Origin: Bacillota bacterium
GTDB lineage: Bacteria; Bacillota; TC1
Length of the DNA: 54,070 nucleotides
Assembly (NCBI GenBank): GCA_041741995.1
Contig: JBGSJN010000004.1
Coordinates: 1 to 54,070 of the forward strand
Direction: 5' to 3'
Shown here: piece by piece, positions 50,231 through 54,070 of the stretch
How positions within the stretch are numbered: the stretch's first letter is position 1
Layout: each line of letters opens with the position of its first letter
Translations under genes and position numbers: made by a program
The notes under the pieces: model-generated
Told to the model about the DNA's origin: nothing
Seen by the model: only the letters and a program-made list of their open reading frames with translations
The model's database searches: none

Positions 50231-51694
50231 ATGAACTATGCAATCGGAAGTTATCAAAACTATGTAGGCGGAGAATGGACTGAACCAAAAAGTGGAGAAT
50301 ACAAAGAACAACACTCCACCATCGACGGAACAGCAGTATCCAAATGCCCAATGTCAGGAATGAAAGATGTGGAGGAGGCTGTAGGAGTCGCTAAGTCCAC
50401 TTTCGAGATGGCAGACTGGGCCAATAACCCAAGAAAACGCTCCAAAGCCCTATTATGCTGGGCAGCTAAGATTAAGGAGAATATAAACGAACTAGCCACT
50501 GCCCTAAGCTGGCAGGTAGGCAAACCATTTAAGGAAAGCTTCGGAGAAATGATGGGAGCCATCGGTTATTTGGAATATTATGCAGGAGCAACACGTACCC
50601 TCTATGGAGCAACAACCTCAATAGACGAATACACAACCTCCATACTAGCAAGAGAACCAGTAGGAGTAATAGGAGTCATCGTACCATGGAACTATCCCAT
50701 AACCCTCCTTATGAGAGACATGGCCCCAGTTCTAGCTGCAGGCAACACCTGCATAGTAAAACCAGCAGAACAAACCTCAGGCATAACCATGAAAGTAATT
50801 GCTTTATTGGAAGGTATTCCTGAATTCCCAAAAGGAGTAGTCAACGCCATCTGCGGTAAAGGCTCACTTATAGGGAACGCTCTGGTAAAACACCAAGACG
50901 TAGACATGATCGACTTCACCGGAAGTGTAGAAGTCGGCAAAGACATAATGGAACACGCCGCAGCAACCATGAAGAAACTATCCTTAGAACTAGGCGGCAA
51001 ATCAGCCAGCATCATCTTTGCAGACGCTGACTTAGAAAAAGCCCTACCATATGCCATAAAAAGCATCTTCACCAACGCAGGACAACTATGCACCTCAGCC
51101 TCAAGGATACTAGTAGAAGAATCAATAGCCGAGGACTTCATTGCAAGGTTGAAAACAATGGCCGAAGCCTTAGTAGTAGGTAACCCTCTAGATCAAACAA
51201 CAGAAATGGGAGCAATGAACACCCCGGTCCAAATGGAAACTGTCCTTAAATATATTAAACTAGGTAAGAAAGAAGGTAAGTTACTAACTGGGGGTTATCG
51301 ATTAGAAGAAAATGGCTTAGACAAAGGCTACTTTATAGCACCAACCATTTTCTTAGATCTACCATTTGAATCAAAGTTAGTACAAGAAGAAATCTTTGGA
51401 CCAGTACTATGTATCCATACCTTTAGCAATGAGGCAGAGGCAGTAGAGTTGGCTAATGGAACACGCTTTGGACTGGCTGCTGGTGTCTGGACCAAGAATA
51501 TCGATAGAGCCATGAGAGTCAGCAGAAAAATGAGAGCTGGAACTACCTGGGTCAACTGCTATAACCGCCTAATGCCTGAATGTGAAACAGGAGGCTACAA
51601 GGAAAGCGGAATAGACAGAGCCGGTGGTATTGAAGGAATAAATAAGTTTACAGAAGTTAAACATGTGTGCATAGACTATGCCCCAAGTGTTTAA
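50231..51694 (+). CDS. NAD(P)-dependent aldehyde dehydrogenase
   Basis: ELGGKS, the catalytic-Cys region NAGQLCTSASR, and EEIFGPV are present. Confidence 0.9.
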   Translation: MNYAIGSYQNYVGGEWTEPKSGEYKEQHSTIDGTAVSKCPMSGMKDVEEAVGVAKSTFEMADWANNPRKRSKALLCWAAKIKENINELATALSWQVGKPFKESFGEMMGAIGYLEYYAGATRTLYGATTSIDEYTTSILAREPVGVIGVIVPWNYPITLLMRDMAPVLAAGNTCIVKPAEQTSGITMKVIALLEGIPEFPKGVVNAICGKGSLIGNALVKHQDVDMIDFTGSVEVGKDIMEHAAATMKKLSLELGGKSASIIFADADLEKALPYAIKSIFTNAGQLCTSASRILVEESIAEDFIARLKTMAEALVVGNPLDQTTEMGAMNTPVQMETVLKYIKLGKKEGKLLTGGYRLEENGLDKGYFIAPTIFLDLPFESKLVQEEIFGPVLCIHTFSNEAEAVELANGTRFGLAAGVWTKNIDRAMRVSRKMRAGTTWVNCYNRLMPECETGGYKESGIDRAGGIEGINKFTEVKHVCIDYAPSV

Positions 51695-51705
51695 AAGGAG
51701 AATAG

Positions 51706-52725
51706 ATGAATAAAAAAGCTACCATAATGGATGTGGCTAGACTAGCAGGGGTAGGCAAGACTACTGTCTCCAGAGTTTTTAACAAACCGGAGATGGCTGG
51801 CAAGGAAACTGTGGAAAAGGTCATGGCTGCAGCCAAGGAGCTAGGCTATAGGCCAAGTCCTATTGCCAGAGCCTTAAATGATACTAAGTCTAGAACAATC
51901 TCTTTAGTAGTACCAAACGTAGAATCCTCCACCATGGCCGAAATCATTCGTGGAGCCATGCAGTACCTAACAGAAAGAAACTATAGTCTCCTTGTCCTAG
52001 ATTCTAGCGAGAACTATGCTACAGAAAGGGACTATTTCCATCTCCTACAAGAAAGAATGACTGATGGAGTAATTTTTTGTCATGGCAGTGCCAAGGAACG
52101 AATGGAGGAATTACGTGATCTTATGCCAGTAGTTTTTGTAGAAAGCAGTAGCATCAGAGAGGATATAGATAAGGTGCTGGTGGATGGTATTGATGCCTTC
52201 CAGAAGTTGTTTTCCTATCTCCTATCCTCCGGGTTTTTAGATGAGGATATTGCTATTGTCTATGGTAAAGAAGATAATTTCTCCAGACTTCGTATTGGTC
52301 AATGTGAGAAGGTACTAGAGGAAATGGGACTGGAACTAAATCCTGATAATGTCCTCTATAGTAACTGGAGAGCAGAGGATGGTTATGATTCCATGAAAGT
52401 TCTACTTGGTAGGTTGAAGAGGCCAAAGGTGGTTATTTACCTATCTGACGTGATGGCCTTAGGTGGAATGAGAGCAGCTCATGATTTAGGGCTTATTGTA
52501 CCTGATGATGTGAGTGTGGTCGGTTTTAATGATGCTAGGTTTAGCGCCTTTTATCAACCCTCACTTACGACTCTCGACTACAAGCCGGAACAGTTAGGGA
52601 TTGCTGCTGCCAAACAGATTTTAAACAGGTTAAAAAATTCTGAACTACCTGTTCAGATTGATATTTTAACCACAGAATTACTGATTAATGAAAGTGTTAA
52701 GGAATTAAAAGGAAGAAGTAAGTAA
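51706..52725 (+). CDS. LacI-family transcriptional regulator
   Basis: The N-terminal HTH ATIMDVARLAGVGKTTVSRVFN is followed by a periplasmic-binding-protein-like core. Confidence 0.9.
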   Translation: MNKKATIMDVARLAGVGKTTVSRVFNKPEMAGKETVEKVMAAAKELGYRPSPIARALNDTKSRTISLVVPNVESSTMAEIIRGAMQYLTERNYSLLVLDSSENYATERDYFHLLQERMTDGVIFCHGSAKERMEELRDLMPVVFVESSSIREDIDKVLVDGIDAFQKLFSYLLSSGFLDEDIAIVYGKEDNFSRLRIGQCEKVLEEMGLELNPDNVLYSNWRAEDGYDSMKVLLGRLKRPKVVIYLSDVMALGGMRAAHDLGLIVPDDVSVVGFNDARFSAFYQPSLTTLDYKPEQLGIAAAKQILNRLKNSELPVQIDILTTELLINESVKELKGRSK

Positions 52726-52735
52726 GAAAGAGAAG

Positions 52736-53896
52736 GTGTATTTAATGAATAGATTTTTATTGCCAACAGAGGTTATTTCAGGTCCTGGTTGTTTAGTGGA
52801 GTTAAAAAGATTTGTTAAAGCAGGTGACAAGGTTGCCCTAATAACTGATAGCTCATTGGTTAAGTTAGGTCTTGCAACTAAGGTTGTAGAGGTATTAGAG
52901 GGTATTGGTGCCAGTTCACAGATTTTTGATGAAGTGCCAGCTAATCCCCATGCTGAGGTAGTTACTAAGTGTCGTGCTTTTGTAGAAGGAATGGGTGCTA
53001 GTGTTGTGGTGTGTCTTGGTGGTGGTAGTCCTATGGACGTTGCTAAAGTTGTGGCTATGCTTGCAACTAATGAAGGTGAGTGGGAAGATTATCAGTGGAA
53101 CATGAAACAACCATCTAATTCACCACTTCCATATATTGCTATTCCAACTACTGCTGGCACTGGCTCTGAGGTGACTAAGACTTCAGTTATTATTGACCGT
53201 AATACTAAGAAGGGCACTGGTGGGGATTTCTTTTTTGCTAAGGCTGCCCTACTTGATCCAGAACTTATGGTTAGTCTACCTCCTCATTTAACAGCAGCTA
53301 CTGGTATTGATGCCTTGACTCATGCTATTGAAGCATATGTAGGTAAAAACCATCAGGCTTTTACTGATGCTCTTGCTTTAGAAGCTATAGCTATCTTGGC
53401 TGAATATCTGCCTAGGGCTTTTGCTAATGGTGCTGATCTGGTAGCCAGGGAAAAGGTAGCGGTTGCTGCTGCTATGGCTGGTATGGCGATGGATCAAAGT
53501 GGTCTTGGTGTAGTGCATGCTATGAGTGGTCCATTATCAAGTTATTATGATGTACCTCATGGTTTATCTAACGCAGTTGGTCTTCCTTATGGTATGGCCT
53601 ATAACCTGATTGCAGTACCAGAAAGATATGCTCGTATAGCTGAGGCTCTTGGGCTTGATGTTAGTAATTTATCTTTCCGTGAGGCTGCAGAGGCTAGTGT
53701 CCAAATGGTAGAAGAGCTTCTTGATGACTTGCAGATTCCTACTGATCTTAGTGATTATTTCATCAAGTATGGGGCTGATGAGGGGGATATTTTGAAGTTC
53801 GCTGAAGAGTCCTGTAAGATGTTCCTGATGAGGAATAATCCTAGGAATCCTCAGGTGAAGGATATTGAAGAGATATTTGAAGCTATATTTAAGTAG
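52736..53896 (+). CDS. Iron-containing (group III) alcohol dehydrogenase (start 52736 or ATG 52745)
   Basis: GGGSPMDVAK, TTAGTGSE and the His-rich metal site (...THAIEAY..., ...VHAMSGPL...) are present. Confidence 0.9.
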   Translation: MYLMNRFLLPTEVISGPGCLVELKRFVKAGDKVALITDSSLVKLGLATKVVEVLEGIGASSQIFDEVPANPHAEVVTKCRAFVEGMGASVVVCLGGGSPMDVAKVVAMLATNEGEWEDYQWNMKQPSNSPLPYIAIPTTAGTGSEVTKTSVIIDRNTKKGTGGDFFFAKAALLDPELMVSLPPHLTAATGIDALTHAIEAYVGKNHQAFTDALALEAIAILAEYLPRAFANGADLVAREKVAVAAAMAGMAMDQSGLGVVHAMSGPLSSYYDVPHGLSNAVGLPYGMAYNLIAVPERYARIAEALGLDVSNLSFREAAEASVQMVEELLDDLQIPTDLSDYFIKYGADEGDILKFAEESCKMFLMRNNPRNPQVKDIEEIFEAIFK

Positions 53897-53939
53897 AATT
53901 GTATATTAATAAACAAAAAACCAACTCTGAAATATGAAC

Positions 53940-53963
53940 TGCTCCCTGTCAAGTAGACAGTGG
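53940..53963 (-). mobile_element. Terminal inverted repeat (transposase-distal end) of an IS3-family element that continues beyond the window
   Basis: It starts with TG (TGCTCCCTGTCAAGTAGACAGTGG) 17 nt outside the transposase stop codon. A related inverted copy lies at 114-138. Confidence 0.4.
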
Positions 53964-53979
53964 AAATAATAAAACATAA

Positions 53980-54070
53980 CTAAGCGACTAGACTCCGATA
54001 TTCCATTGGGCTCTGGTCGTTTAGTTTTTCTTGTATTCTCTCATAGTTATAGAAATCCATGTACTCTTTA
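53980..54070 (-). CDS. C-terminal fragment of an IS3-family transposase (OrfB, rve integrase domain), truncated by the window edge
   Basis: The reverse-strand translation ...KEYMDFYNYERIQEKLNDQSPMEYRSLVA* matches the conserved IS3/IS150 OrfB C-terminus (Y..FYN.ER.Q..L....P.EYR). Confidence 0.7.
   Translation of the reverse strand, partial: KEYMDFYNYERIQEKLNDQSPMEYRSLVA

Noticed and set aside
50692-51141. 149-aa minus-strand ORF inside the aldehyde dehydrogenase gene
   Set aside because: It is a shadow ORF in a higher-GC region. The + strand frame carries the canonical ALDH motifs.

Overview
Low-GC, Firmicutes/Clostridia-like chromosomal segment with almost all genes on the + strand. All calls come from reading the ORF translations and the DNA by eye; nothing was searched. 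LEFT HALF (about 0.3-28.6 kb) is a dense defence island. It holds an AbiEi/AbiEii type IV toxin-antitoxin pair and a DUF2130 zinc-ribbon/coiled-coil/PD-(D/E)xK-like protein. Next come a stand-alone SF1 helicase with a C-terminal endonuclease-like module and a translationally coupled pair of giant genes. That pair is a 1069-aa unknown protein with a TerB-like tandem N-terminus plus a 1574-aa DEAD/DEAH helicase with a DUF1998 Cys cluster, i.e. Druantia type III-like gene content. A type I R-M operon (hsdM-orf-hsdS-hsdR) follows, with an unrecognisable ~222-aa gene coupled between hsdM and hsdS. Downstream are a KAP-type P-loop NTPase plus a small membrane protein, a frameshifted gene remnant, and a divergent EndoIII-like Fe-S DNA glycosylase. 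RIGHT HALF holds a rhodanese and a 1252-aa secreted RCC1/cadherin-like/ricin-lectin protein. It also holds an FGase-family hydrolase behind a structured leader, a LURP-one-like protein, and MarR-MFS-flavin-reductase-like-flavodoxin genes. Further genes are a ClC exchanger, a PAP2 phosphatase, two XRE-type regulators with membrane partners, and a GGDEF cyclase. The half closes with a higher-GC amidohydrolase-ALDH-LacI-FeADH cluster preceded by a perfect 18-bp palindrome, and the window ends inside an IS3-family transposase. No rRNA, tRNA or CRISPR array was seen. The best candidates for something new are the DUF1998-helicase pair, the gene embedded in the R-M operon, the helicase-nuclease fusion and the KAP-NTPase/membrane pair. 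A striking non-gene signal is a coding-strand A+C-rich to G+T-rich gradient along many 'native' genes and operons. It is absent from the very AT-rich defence cassettes.
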